DNA from: Hypanus sabinus
Taxonomy: Eukaryota
Direction of reading: 5' to 3'
DNA: 45,174 bases
Assembly (NCBI RefSeq): GCF_030144855.1
Contig: NW_026781843.1
Location: 124,001-169,174 of the forward strand
The notes under the pieces were generated by a model. That model saw nothing but the letters and a program-made list of their open reading frames with translations. It ran no database searches and was not told where the DNA came from. Position numbers and translations under genes: made by a program. Numbering within the stretch: the stretch's first letter is position 1; each line of letters begins with the position of its first letter. Of the stretch, positions 13,230-25,920 are shown piece by piece.

Positions 13230-13900
13230 ATTTTTGGAGATCAGTGAATCAAACAGCAAAGTTCTCTGTGAGCGGAATTCCTTTGTGAATACTCCGCGTG
13301 TGTTTACACGTCGTCTGGGTGTGGTAGTTCACTGCAGAACGGCACCCCTGTGGTAAATCACTGTTGGAGTTATTTCGTCAGGTTTGGAACCGGATAAGTG
13401 GCGATTACGTTGTGTGATTGGGAATTTGACCTTGTGGAATCTACCGGTGTGCCGACCCTTACCTGGGTTGTGGTTCACTTGCAGACAGTCCTTCTTGTGA
13501 TAAGTTGATGTTACTGTCGTTCAGCGTGTGGATTCAGAGGACAACGGGAAGATCGACGACACTTGTTTATATGGATGACAAATACCTCTCTCTCACTTCA
13601 GATTCTGTGCATTTGAACTGAACAGAAATTTCTTACATACGATCGTAAGACTGTAACTCTTGCCAACTGAGCTTGAATAAGCTTGGGATTTTTATTTTAC
13701 ACAACTGCATATGGACAATACTGCTAACCCCCAGTTTACCTGGTTTAAATTACTACATTACATAATTATTAATAAAATGGTGATTGTTAACAGCAAAAGC
13801 AGACTCGAGAAGTGTTCTATTACTGCTGAAACTTTTACGCTGTTGCGTGCACGTTAGAGCTACTTTCCCCAGTGTTGCCTGGACCAAGCTGAACATTCTC
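13230..13900 (+). mobile_element. Possible solo LTR inserted in repeat copy 3
   Basis: Absent from copies 1 and 2 and has AATAAA near its 3' end. TG...CA termini and TSD not established. Confidence 0.3.
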
Positions 13901-14409
13901 CTGATATCTCAGGATAAACCGTCTTTTGTTCTCTACGTTTTCTCTACGATTCCTAAAAATGCTTCCTAATCTCGTATTTCTCTTTCGTTCAAGACGGACC
14001 TGTCATATTAGTATGACAAAGATGTCACTTCTGCGGCCACATTCCCAACTGGACTGTCACCATGTTCCCTCAACATCGACAACTCCATCACGTTGTATCG
14101 TCTGCAGGAGTATTTACGAGTTAACCCATTTTCATCCAGGTCAAACGCCAGGACATTTTCAACAATTGTCACATGCAAAATGGCTGCCCTGCACCACTAT
14201 CATCTGTACTCCATTTAAAGCCATGCTATCTAATTCATCTTGGTCTCCTGTAACAATAATCTTACTTCCAGTACAATCCCAACGGTCGGCCCTTGGCTAG
14301 CGCGATGCCTCACAGTCCGAGCGAACCTCCTAATGGGACAATTTACAATGAACAATTGTTTACAATGACAAATATGTTTTCGTCTATGGGAGGAGATGTC
14401 TCTATCATG

Positions 14410-16740
14410 ACGCAAGCAGTATTGTGAACAAAAAGGATGAGGTTAGTGCGTGCATCAATACTTGGAGATATGACGTGATGGTCATTGCAGAGACTTGGAT
14501 GACTCAGGGATAGGAATGGTTACTACAAGTGCCGGGTTATAGATATTTCAGAAATGACTGGGAGGGAGGCATAAGAGGTGTGGGCGTGGCCCTGTTGATC
14601 GGAGATAATGTGTTCAAGAAGGTTTCTTGACTCAATGTGCAGACCATTCTACAGGAAGAGAGGCTGTATTTGATTTGGTATGCGGAAATCAACTTCGTTA
14701 TGTGTCAGATCTCTGTGTGGGAGACCATTTTGGAGATGGTGATCATAATTCTATCTCCTTTACATTGGGGAGAGATAGGAACAAATACGTTAGAAAGGCG
14801 TTAAATTGGAGTAAGGGCAATTCTGAGGTTTTCAGGCAGGACATTGAAAGGTTAAATTGGGAACAGATGATTTCAGGGGAAATTAAGGAAAATATGGCAA
14901 ATATTCAGAAATTATTTGTGTGCAGTTCTGCAAAAATACTTTCCAATGAGACGGGGAAGTGATGGCTTGGTACGGGAACCGTCGTTTACAAAGGCTGTAA
15001 TAATCTATTAAAGCAGAAAAGAAAGGTTTACGAAAGGTTCATAGAGCTAGGTAATATTAGAGATCTAGAAGATTATAAGGCTAACAGGAAGGTCATTAAG
15101 TTGGAAATTAGGAGATCCAATTGGGTCATGACAAGGCCTTGGCGGACAGGTAACGGAAAACCTCAAGGGATTATACAAGTATGTGAAGAGCAAGGGGATC
15201 AAACCTGACAGAATGAGACCCATCAGATATGACAGTGGGAAAGTGTGTACGGAACCGGAGGAAACGGCAGAAGTACTTAATGAATACTTTGCTTCTGTAT
15301 TCACTATTAAATAGGATCTTGGTGATTGTGGTAATGTCTTGCAGCAGCCTGAGGAGATTGAGCATGTAGATATTAAGAAAGAGGATGTGCTGGAGCTTTA
15401 GGAAATCTTCAAGTTTGATAAGTCGACGGGACCGGGCGGACTACATCCCAGGCTCCTGTGGAAAGCGACAGAGGAGATTGCTGAGCCTCTGTCTATGACC
15501 TTTGGATCATCGTTGTGGACGGTTGAGGCTACGCAGGATTGGTTGTCGGTGGATGTTGTTCCTTTCTTCAGGGAACGGAGTAGAGATGACGCAGAACTTA
15601 TAGACCCGTGATTCCTACCTCAGTAATTGGTAGGTTGATGGAGAAGATCCTGAGCGGCAGGATTTATGATGTAGGGATATAATATAATTAAGAGTATTAA
15701 CATGGCTTTGAAAAGTGTGTGTCATGCCTGACCAGCCTGATTGAATTTTTGAGGATGTGACTAAATACATCGATGAGGGAAGACCTGTAGGTGTAGTACA
15801 TATGCAGTTCAGCAAGGCATTTGATAAGGTACCTCATGCAAGGTATTTTGAGAAAGTTAGGAGGCATGGAATCCACTGGGGCATGGCTTGGTGAATCCGC
15901 AACAGGCTTGCCTAAAGAAGGCGAAGTTTGGCTGCAGACTGTTCATGTTCTGCATGGTGGAGTTCACCAGTGCAGTGACCCATGGACCCTTACTCGTCGT
16001 GACTTTTTTAAATGAACCGGCTGAGGAACTGGAGGGATGGCTTGGCAAATCTGCTGATGACACAATAGTTGAAGGTGTTGTGGATAGTGTGGAGTGGTGT
16101 CTCAGTTTACAGCGGGACATTGAAAGGATGCAAGACTGGGCCGAGAAGTGGCAGATGGAGTTCTACCCAGATAAGTGTGATGTGGTTCATTGGGGTTCGT
16201 CAAATATGATGTCAGAATTTAGTATTAATGGTACGACTCTAAGTTGTGTGGAGTACCAAAGGGATCTTGGGATCCGTGTCCAAAGGACACTCAAATCTGC
16301 AGCGCGTATTGTCTCTGTGTTTAATAAGGCGTAAAATATATTGGCCTTCATCAATGGTGGAAGTGAATTTAGGAGCTGAGAGGTAATGGTAAATCTATGT
16401 AGGACCCTGGTCAGAGCCCATTTGGAGCATTGTTCTTATTTCTGTTCTCCTCACTACAGGAAGGATGTCGAATCCATAGAAAGGGTGTAGAGGAGATTTA
16501 CAAGTATAGCCCTTGAATTGGGGAGCATACCTTATGAGAATAGGCAGAGTGAACTCGGCCTTTTCTCCTTGCAGCGAAGGAGGATGAGAGGTGACCTGAT
16601 AGAGGTGTACAAGATGATGAGAGGCATTGATCGTGTGGATAGTTGCAGGCTTTTTCCCAGGGCCGAAACGGTTCCGCAAGTGCACTCCCGTTTAAGGTGC
16701 TGCGGAGTCGATCCTGAGGAGATGTCAGGGGTTATTATTT
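14410..16740 (+). mobile_element. CR1 LINE ORF2 (endonuclease plus RT), degenerate
   Basis: IAETW...VPGYRYFR endonuclease motif; DHFGDGDHNSISF; SADDT; WAEKWQMEFYPDKC. Confidence 0.9.
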
Positions 16741-16759
16741 AAGTGTGGATAGTATTTAA

Positions 16760-17710
16760 AATTCCGAGATGCAATGGGACTTGGGACTCCTCGTGCAGTA
16801 TACTCTTAAGGCTTTGCTCCAGCTTGAGTCGGTGGTGAAGAAGCCGAACGCAATGTTGGCATTCATTCCCAGAGGTTGAGTATAGGAGCAGGGATGTGAG
16901 GGGGAAACACTCAAAGGTACCGGTAAGACCTCACCTGGAGTACTGGGTGCATCATGAGACTCTTCATTTAGGAAAGGATGTGCTGACGTTGGAGAGGTTT
17001 CAGAGAAGATTCACTAAAATGATGGCGGGAATGAGAGGGTTAACATATGAGGAACATTTGACCGCTCTTGGAAAGTACTGCTTAGAGATTAGAAGAACGA
17101 GTGGGGACCTCATAGAAACATTCCGAATGTTAAAAGGTATGGGCAGAGTGGATGAGACAAAGTCATTTCCATGGTGGTGGACTCTGTTACGAGAGGGCAT
17201 GACTTGAGAATGGAAGGGCGCCCATTCAGATGAGATTTTTTTTTTTTAGCCATGCGTGCTGAACCTGTTGAATTTGTTGCCACGGGCGGCAGTGGTCGAC
17301 AAGTAATTGGGTGTATTTAAAGCAGAGATTGACAGGTATCTATGTAGTCAGGAAATCAAACGTTATGATGAGAAGGCGGGTAGTGGGTCTAAATCGGAGA
17401 ATGGATTCACTCATGATAAAATGGCGGAGTAGACTCGATTGGCCTAATGACCGACTTCCGCTTCTTTGTTTTATGGTCTTATGGTTTGATGGTAAGTTTT
17501 GTTTTATCTGAGAGCGGAAAGTGCCTGGAATGGGCTACCAGCAACGGTGGTGGAGGCATATTCAACAGGGTCTTTTAAGAGACTTTTAGATAGGTACATG
17601 GAGCATAGAAAAATGGAGGGCGATGTCAAAGGTCAGTAATTTCTGAGGTAGGGACATGTTCGGCACAATTCTGTGGGCCGAAGGGCGCTGTAAGTTTTCT
17701 ATGTTTCTAT
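16760..17710 (+). mobile_element. Stacked CR1 3' ends and tails
   Basis: VRPHLEYWVH...LERFQRRFTKMM; tails of the ggcccttcggccc type. Confidence 0.8.
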
Positions 17711-17799
17711 GAAAATCTGTAGGGTCTGTGAGTGGTGAGGATGCCAAATGCATGTTCCCATTTATTTTTAGAGGACTGCACATGAAAACAGCTCCTTAG

Positions 17800-18720
17800 T
17801 AACGTTTTAAACCATATACTCTTCTTCACTCTGTTCCTAACACGTGGCACGTCTAGCAATCCTAAGATCATAACCCTGCAAATCCTGTCCTTTATCTGAG
17901 ATCTTACTTCCCCGAACCGTCTGTGCAGTACATTGTCACTCATCTTCCCCATGTCATTGGTACCTATGTAGTCCACAATTTCCAGCTGTTCCGGCTCCCA
18001 GTTAAGAATGCTGAGGACTCGATCCGATATATCTCTGACGTTGGCGCCGACTGAACCCCCGTCCACAAAAATTACAAACGAATATCCTATCAGTACAGCC
18101 TGCCTTCCTCCCTCACCACCCCTAATCATAACAGCCACCGCCGATTTCTCTCCTGAGTTACAGAGGTAAACCGTGAGCCTGAGAACCGATCACTGTGACA
18201 GGACACTGTTAGGTCATTACCCCGCCCCTCAAATCCCACAAAGCTATTCATAATGTTGAAGGAGATGGCCACCGGGTCGGTGACCTGCCTGTTTCTCCTT
18301 CCTGACTGTCATACAGTCTCCTGTGCCCCGAACCCTGGGTGTATCTCCCTCTCTATATGTCCTGTCCATCACCACTACAGACTCTCGAATACCTTTCAGT
18401 TCGCCCATTTCCAGCTCCACCACCTTAACTCGGATTGTCAGAAGCTGCAACTGAAAACAGCCCTCGCAGCTGTAATCGTCAGGGTTACTGGAGTTCTCCA
18501 TGCCTTCCCAGCTCCCACAATCGGAGCATTCAACTATCCTACCTGGTAGCTCTGCTGTCCTATCTAAACAGATATAACGAAGGGAAGGGAATCTTAACCA
18601 AGTGCTTTACTTTTCCTTGCCTCCTTTGACTGAACCTCCCTAGGCTGACACATCGGTGAGCAGAAGCATGCCGATGGATTATTCTGACGTGAGATATTGC
18701 GTTTGCCGCTGCCTTCCTCT
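17800..18720 (-). mobile_element. CR1 5' region / ORF1 with esterase-like domain
   Basis: CEGCFQLQLLTIRVKVVELE; VLIGYS...GANVRDISDRVLSIL...YIGTNDMG. Confidence 0.8.
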
Positions 18721-18934
18721 TGCTGATCAACCGCAAACGCCGCCTGGTCTCTGTTCAAAGATCTTTTTTCACTCTTTGGACCTGCCGTCACTTTTAATAT
18801 ACATGCTGATTAAAGTCCTCTCCTCCCAATTCATCCGACATCCTGATTGGCCGCCCGTCAAATCTTTTTTCTGAAAATTATTATTGCGGAATTAACTGAC
18901 TCGATATTATTTCCATCTCCCAATGTAAATATAG

Positions 18935-19030
18935 GCCGGCTGGTGGCACAGTGAAATCAGCGCCTGGCTCCAGAATCCAGGCTCCCGAGGTCGAATACAG
19001 TCGATCTGCTCCCGGGAACGTGAAGGACGA
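18935..19030 (+). mobile_element. tRNA-derived SINE head (degenerate A/B boxes)
   Basis: ggctggtggcacagtg...gaggtcgaat. No complete cloverleaf, so not called a tRNA. Confidence 0.4.
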
Positions 19031-19079
19031 CTCACAAAAAATGCAATGATCTTTTAATATCTATGATATCATTATTTAA

Positions 19080-19500
19080 ATCTCTTTATATCTTATTTTC
19101 CCGAATGTCTTCGTCGAACTCCTGATTCCACCCACAGACCAAACACCTGTATGTTGATAGATTAATTGATCATTGTAAATTGTCCCATTAGCAGGGTAGC
19201 TCGGACCGTGAAGCATTCCGCTGGCCAAGGCCCAAATGTTGGGATTAAACTGAATGGTCGGATGAGACATGAGACCGAGTTGCATTGGATAGCAAGGCTT
19301 CAAATAGAGTACAGAGGGCAGTGGTTGAGGGCAGCCATTCTGCACGTGACAATTTTTGGGAATGTTCTGGCGTCTGCTTTGGATGAAATTGGGCGTGACT
19401 CATAAATACTCTTGCAGACGACGTCAACGTGATGGAATTGTTGATGTTGAGGGAGCTAGGTACAAATTGCAATTAGAAATGTGGCCGGATAAATGACAGC
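19080..19500 (-). repeat. Inverted partial copy of the decayed CR1/SINE segment seen at 2.6-2.96 kb and 13.9-14.35 kb
   Basis: gatcattgtaaattgtcccattag...ggaccgtgaagcatt is the reverse complement of aatgcttcacggtcc...caatttacaatgacc. Confidence 0.6.
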
Positions 19501-19699
19501 TGTGTCATACTAATACGACAGCTCAGTCTCGAACGATAGAGATATACGAGAAGAAGAAGTATTTTTTGGAAGATAGAGAAAATGGAAAAACAAAACGCGT
19601 TTTATGCTGAGGTATTAGAATAATTTTCAGCTTGGTCTAACGGCTGTTCTTGGAGAGGTAAATCAGTAACTCTGCTGTTTGATTCACTCATCTGCAAAA

Positions 19700-20845
19700 A
19701 TAAAAACGTAGATATTATGATATGTTTTAACCAATTTGAGAAGGAGAAGGGAAAATCGGATGTGTCAGTATTACAGTTGGACAAAGGGAACTATGGAGCT
19801 ATGAGGAAGGAGCTGGCCAAAGTTCAATGGAAAAATACCCTAGCAGGGAAGACAGTGGAACAACGGCGGGTATTTCTGGGAATAATGCACAGGGTGCAGG
19901 ATCAGTTCATTCCAAAGAGGAAGAAAGATCCTCAGGGGAGTCAAGGGCGGCCGTGGCTGACGAGAGAAGTAAAGGGCAGAATAAAAATAAAAGAAAAGTA
20001 TAACATAGCAAAGATGAGCGGGAAACCGGAGGACTGGGAAGCTTTTAAAGAGCAACAGAAGATAACAAAAAAGGCAGTACGCCAAGAAAAAATGAAGTAC
20101 GAAGGTAAACGAGCCAAGAACATAAAGGATGATAGTAAAATCTTCTTTAGATATATGAATAGCAAAAAAAAAATAGTTAAGTCCAAAATTGGGCCATTTA
20201 AGACAGAAATGGGTGAATTTATTATGGGGAACAAGGAAATGGCAGATCAGTTGAACAAGTACTTTGGATCTGTCTTCACTAGGGAAGACACAAACAAACT
20301 CCCAGATGTATTAGTGGCCAAAGGAACGAGGGTAAAGGATGAACTGAAGGAAACTTACATTAGGCAAGAAACGGTGTTGGACAGACTGTGGAGTCTGAAG
20401 TCTGTTAAGTCCCCGGGACCTGATGGTCTGCATCCCAGGGTACTTAAAGAAGTGGCTCTTGAAATCGTGGACGCATTGGTAATCATTTTCCAAAGTTCTA
20501 TATATTCAGGAACAGTTCCTGCTGACTGGAGGGTGGCTAATGTTGTCCCACTTCTCAAGAAATAAGTGAGAGAGAAAACAGGGAATTATAGACCGATTCG
20601 CCTGACGTCAGTGATGGGAAAGATGCTGGAGTCAATTACAAACGATGAAATTACGACACATTTGGATTGCAGTGGTAGGATCAGTCCGAGTCAGCATGGA
20701 ATTATGAAGGGAAAATCATGCTTAACTAATCTTCTGAGGTTTTTGAGGATGTAACTATGGAAATGGACAAGGGACAGCCAGTGGATGTAGTGTACCTGTA
20801 CTTCCAGAAAGCTTTCGATAAAGTCCCACATAGGGATTTGTGGGA
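19700..20845 (+). mobile_element. CR1 ORF2 internal fragment (young)
   Basis: 282-aa ORF ...KSPGPDGLHPRVLKE...WRVANVVPL; FQKAFDKVPH downstream. Confidence 0.92.
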
Positions 20846-21226
20846 AAAATATTCTCTATTGTCTATTGTCCCCTCCGTCGCACCTCTCTCCCCCCTCTCC
20901 ATCTCTGTCTCTTTCTCTACATTCTATTCCCCCTGAGACACCCTTCTAACCATTAACTCGTGCTTTCCTGGAAACGTGCTTTGTAACACCGATGTTACTC
21001 GACTCGAAACCGCCTTGAACCTCTTCAGAGAAATCCTCGGCCGATCACCGACTCTGCTGGGTCCGCAGCCAGTGAGGCAGAGCGCAGGCGCACCGTCTAC
21101 TCCGCTCCGCACACCCCGACACTGCCGGTCAGATAGGGTGGAGCAAATCAGCCAATAGCAGCGAGAGGACATGGGTCCATCAGGGTGGAAAGGGCGTGGC
21201 CAGCTTTCCTGACTCACTTCATTCTC

Positions 21227-21445
21227 GAAAGGGCAGCAGCAGCGATTACGCCTTCTTCTGGTACAGAAAAATACCCCGGGAAGGAGATTTACAACCTATT
21301 TTAATCCACGGGTTTTAACATTGCCTATCCTCAGGAGGCGGTCGACGGATTCACCACCCGGAGACCGGATGCCGAGTCGTTCTTTCTGAGCTCTCCCGGC
21401 GCGCTGCCCAACCATTCGGCCGTCTACTTCTGCGGGTGGAGTCTT
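21227..21445 (+). pseudogene. TRBV: TCR beta V pseudogene, family A copy 1 (leader and FR1 deleted; TAA at 21301)
   Basis: KGSSSDYAFFWYRKYPGKEIYNLF*STGFNIAYPQEAVDGFTTRRPDAESFFLSSPGALPNHSAVYFCGWSL, fused directly to the promoter; RSS follows. Confidence 0.88.
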
Positions 21446-21484
21446 CACAGTGACTCAGAGACACACTGGCTCCGAACAAAAACC
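21446..21484 (+). other. 23-RSS (CACAGTG-23-ACAAAAACC), perfect consensus
   Basis: Direct read; spacer counted as 23. Confidence 0.97.
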
Positions 21485-21707
21485 TTCCAACGTGACAGGA
21501 AACAGCTGGCGGTGGGGCAGGCCAGGTGCAAGCACAGACTCTCTTCGCTCTCTCTATCACACTTTCCCGTTCTTTCTCTCTTTATTATGCCTCGCTCTCA
21601 CGTCCCCCTACTCTTCCCTCTCTTCCCGAGTTTCCTCTCCATGTCTCTCCCAAAACTCAGCGGATAAAGACTCGTTGTATTTACACGATCTGCAAAGTTC
21701 ATAAAAT

Positions 21708-23890
21708 AAAAACATAGAAACATAGAAAATAGGTGCAGGGGTAGGCCATTGGGCCCTTCGAGCCTGCACTGCCATTCGGTATGATCATGGCTGATCTTCC
21801 AACTCAGAACCCTGTACCTGCTTTCTCTCCATACCCCCGATCCCTTTAGCCACAAGGGCAATATCTACACCACTCTTAAATATAACCAATGAACTGGCCT
21901 CAACTGTTTACTGTGGCAGAAAATTCCACAGATTCACCACTCTCTGTGTGAATAAGTTTTTCCTCATCTCGGTCCTAAAAGGCATCCCCTTTATCCTTAA
22001 ACTGTGGCCCCTCTTTCTGGACCTTCCCAACATCGGAAACAATCTTCCTGCATCTAGCCTGTCCAATCCCTTTAGAATGTTTACACGTTTCAATAAGATC
22101 ACCCCTCAGACCTCTAAATTCCAGTGAGATTAAGCCTAGTCGATCCAGTCGTTCTTCATATGAAAGTCCTGCCATCCCAGGAATCAATCTGGTGAACATT
22201 CTTTGTGCTACCTCTATGACAGGAATATATTTCATCATATTATGGGACCAAAACTGCACCCAATACTCCAGGTGCGGTCTCACTAAGGCCTTCTACAACT
22301 GCAGTAGAACCTCCCTATTCCTGTACTCGAATCCTCTTGCTAGAATGCCAACATACCATTCGCCTTTTTCAAGGCCTGCTGTACCTGCATGCCAACTTTC
22401 AATAACTGGTATACAATGACAGCCAGGTCTCGTTGCATCTCCGCTTTTCATAATCGGCCACCATTCAGATAATAATCTGTTTTCCTGTTCTTGCAACCAA
22501 AGTGGATAACCTCACAGTTATCCAGGTTAAATTGCATCTGCCATGAATTTGCCCACTCACCTAACCTATCCAAGTCACCCTGTATCCTCTTAGCATCCTC
22601 CTCGCAGCTAACACCACCGCCCAGCTTCGTGTCATCCGCAAACTTGGAGATGCTGCATTTATTTCTCTCGCCTAAACCATTAATATATATTGTAAACAAC
22701 TGTAGTCCCAGCACTGAACCTTGCGGTGCCCCACTAGTCAGTGCCTGCCATTCTCAAAAGATCCCATTTATTCCCACTTCGTGCTTCCTGTTTGCCAACC
22801 AATTCTCTATCCACATCAATACCATACCTCCTATACTGTGTACTTTAACTTTGCAAACCAATTTCCTGCGTGGGACCTTGTCAAATGCCTTTTGAAAATC
22901 CAACTATACCACATCCACTGGCTTTCCCCTATCCACTCTATTAGTTACATCTTCAAAAAATTCTATGAGGTTCGTCAGACATGATTTCCCTTTCACAAAT
23001 TCATGCTGACTTTGTCCGATGATTTCACATCATCCCAAATGTGCTGTTATCACATCTTTGATAACCGACTCTAGCAATTTCCCCACCACCGATATCGGGC
23101 TAACTGGTCTATAATTCCCCGGTTTCTCTCTCTCTCCTTTTTTAAAAAGTGGAGTTACATTAGCCACCCTCGAATCCTCGGGAACTATTCCAAAATCTAA
23201 GGAGTTTTGAAAAATTATCACTAATGCATCCACTATTTCTTGCGCTACTTCCTTAAGCACTCTGAGATGCAAACCATCTGTCCCTGGGGATTTATCTACC
23301 TTTAATCCCTTCAATTTCCCTAACACCACTTCCTTACTAAAATGTACTTCCCTCAATTCCTCCATTTCACTAGACCCTCGGTCCCCTACTATTTCCGGTA
23401 GATTATTTATGTCCTCCTTAGTGAAGACAAAACCACAGTAGTTATTCAATTCGTCTGCCATGTCCTTTCAATGTCCTTTCATGATCAATTCACCTGTCTT
23501 TGACTGTTAGGGACCTGCATTTGTCTTAACCAATATTTTTCTTTTCACTAATCTAGAAAAGCTTTTCAGTCAGTTTTTATTTTCTCTGCCAGCTTTCTCT
23601 CATAATCATTTTTCCCTTTCCTAATTCAGCCCTTTGTCCTCCGCTGTCGGACTCTGAATTGTTCCCGGTCCTCAGGTGTGTCGCTTTTTCTGGCTAATTT
23701 GTATATTTCTTCTTTGGACTTGATACTACCCCTAATGTACCTTGTCAACCACGGGTGCACTACCTTCCCTAGTTTATTCTTTTGTCATACTGGGAGGAAC
23801 AACTAGTGCAGTTCTTCCATGCGATCTTTAAATGCTTGCCATTGCATATCCACCGTCAACCCTTTAAGTATCATTTGCCAGTTTATCTTA
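21708..23890 (-). mobile_element. CR1 LINE ORF2 to 3' tail, inserted in cassette copy 1
   Basis: KSPGTDGLHLRVLKE; SKFADDTKLGG; MRPHLEYWVQFW; aaacatag tail. Absent at the homologous site near 32330. Confidence 0.92.
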
Positions 23891-25183
23891 CTCTTTCAAC
23901 TCTCCTCTCATTTTCCTTCGCTCCCGGGGATGAATACCCAACCCACTCGTCACTTCCATCAAGTCAACATACCCCGGCAGCCGGGGTATGCCGAATAGAT
24001 TCTCCCTTCACACTTTCAAGGGAGGTGATCGGAACGGCACACTATACGGAAATTTTGGTCTGGACAACGTCCTACAAATCGGCAATATTACATTTCATCT
24101 CTTGTGTGGAATACTTTTATTATTGAAGGCCGTCTGGCAGCGACAATCATTCCACATTAAATATATTTTTCTTTATTCATTTGCTTGTTTGTTTGCTTGT
24201 TTAGCGACACAGCGCAGAATGCCCCTTCGTGCCAGGCAGCCCCGGCAATGAACACCCTCCCAATTAACCCTGATTACTGTCACCAATTAGCCTAGTCTTT
24301 AGGTTGTGTTAGAAATAGAAGAACCCGGGGAAAATTCACTTAGTGCCGCGACCTGTATTGATCTCTGAACTCCGATAGGCCCCGAGATGTAATGGCGTCG
24401 CACTAATCCCTAACCATAGCGCCCAAGGCTGCAATCCAGTTGATGGGTCCGCCTCGTCGAGGTGGATTCCACTTTACGATGGCCAGTGCAGTCTCCGCCT
24501 CAGCACAATTCACACTTATTCTCGGTAAATTAAAATCAGCGCTCACTTGGTTTTATCTCAGGTGACGCAACTTTAATCCGGCTGTCGTTTACTGTTTTTT
24601 TTCCCCGGTGAATATAATGCAGCGGCATCAAAGCTCAATAACCAACAGTTTATGTTTCCCGTATTGCCGAAGTTCACCGCACACGAAGGTGTTAGCAAGT
24701 TTGCACTACACGATACAATAGACTGACCCTTTATTTGTCCACGAGGGACGGTGGAGATGGAGAAAGAGAACGAGAGAGACCGATCACGGAGTAAGGGCGA
24801 TCAGCGCTACCAAGTGGGGTACAGCGTGCAATTTCAGGAGTTGGAAACAAAAGCGTCGGGACCACTTGGCAATTTGCGACGACTTAGTGAAGAATTCATT
24901 TCCAAAATATGTCACCGGTACCGAGGGCGAACAAGCACAAGGAGCCCCACGCCGTTGAAACAACCTCACGCCCATGAGAATTCTCCGGAGATCATTCGAC
25001 GACGGCGAGCCAATCAAATCCCGCGTTTGCACTTGGCCACAGCCCACTTCCTGCGTCTATTGGGTGGGGGCGGGACTCAGAGCTCATCCAGCTCACCAAC
25101 TCCGCGTTTCTCCCAGTCCAACGAAATCAGAAAACGAGACAAGAGCCCACGCCAGGCGCAGACGCTGCAGCCAAAGCCCAAAA

Positions 25184-25881
25184 ATGAGATTCCTCTCCCT
25201 TCTTCTGGGTTATATTTTTTACTGCTCCGGTAAGTAAATTTCAGCTCCAGTATTCAACCCTTCAGCCAATAATGTCTTCAACTCCACAACTTTTTTTAAG
25301 AATTACCTTTCTGTCCAATTCCAACACCACCTGAATATTTGTTATTTCAGTACAGTAAAATGTTTATTGGCTTCGAGTAGTTTCAGAAATAAATAGTGTG
25401 TTGGTGAGAATACACCGATAGCTACGTAGGGGCTAGTAAATAGTCGCGGACCGAATGGACAGATTGTGCTCCTGGGCGTAGTCGTCCCTCTGCTTTCGTT
25501 CACTCACCCGTCGCTGACCATTTCTTCTGTGCCTAGCTCCCCCTACTCACTGACCGTTCTCTTCTCCCTGTCTTTGGGCCAGAGGCGAATTCGCAGAAGA
25601 TCCATCAGACTCCGCAGGCTGTCTCCGCGCCTCCAGGGAAGGATGTCCGACTGAACTGCACGCTATCCGGAGGTAGTAGCGATCCGTACATGTACTGGTA
25701 CCGGCAATACCCGGGAGAGGCTCCACAGTACCTGTTCGAATCCGCTGGCACAGATATAGTAACTCCGGACAAAGCCGTGGAGGGTTTCATCGCCAAGAGG
25801 CCTTAGGGAAAGACCTTCTTTCTAACAAACGACTAGATCTGGGCAAATCACTCGGCCGTGTACTTCTGCGCCTGGAGTCGA
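25184..25881 (+). pseudogene. TRBV: TCR beta V pseudogene, family B copy 1; leader 25184-25229, V exon 25583-25881; stops at 25804 and 25834
   Basis: Leader MRFLSLLLGYIFYCS G|gtaagt; acceptor ccag|. V exon EANSQKIHQTPQAVSAPPGKDVRLNCTLSGGSSDPYMYWYRQYPGEAPQYLFESAG...RP*GKTFFLTND*IWANHSAVYFCAWSR. Confidence 0.92.
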
Positions 25882-25920
25882 CACAGTGGCTCAGAGAAAT
25901 GGGGCGACGCGACAAAAATC
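25882..25920 (+). other. 23-RSS (CACAGTG-23-ACAAAAATC)
   Basis: Direct read. Confidence 0.95.

Larger units (their letters stand above)
12830..14350 (+). repeat. Low-copy repeat unit, copy 3, interrupted by about 0.7 kb of extra sequence
   Basis: Shares cccactactctc..gtaaa.gtcttgc, tctgcat..c..tctgccacct.ctgg and caactccatcacgtt blocks with copies 1 and 2. Confidence 0.65.

Noticed and set aside
18935-19030. tRNA gene
   Set aside because: Only degenerate A/B boxes and no cloverleaf; consistent with a SINE head.
19717-20565. 282-aa ORF as a host gene
   Set aside because: It is CR1 ORF2 (SPGPDGLHPRVLKE).
24751-25233. 160-aa ORF upstream of V-B copy 1
   Set aside because: It overlaps the V promoter, has no recognisable domain, and the frame is not kept in copy 2.
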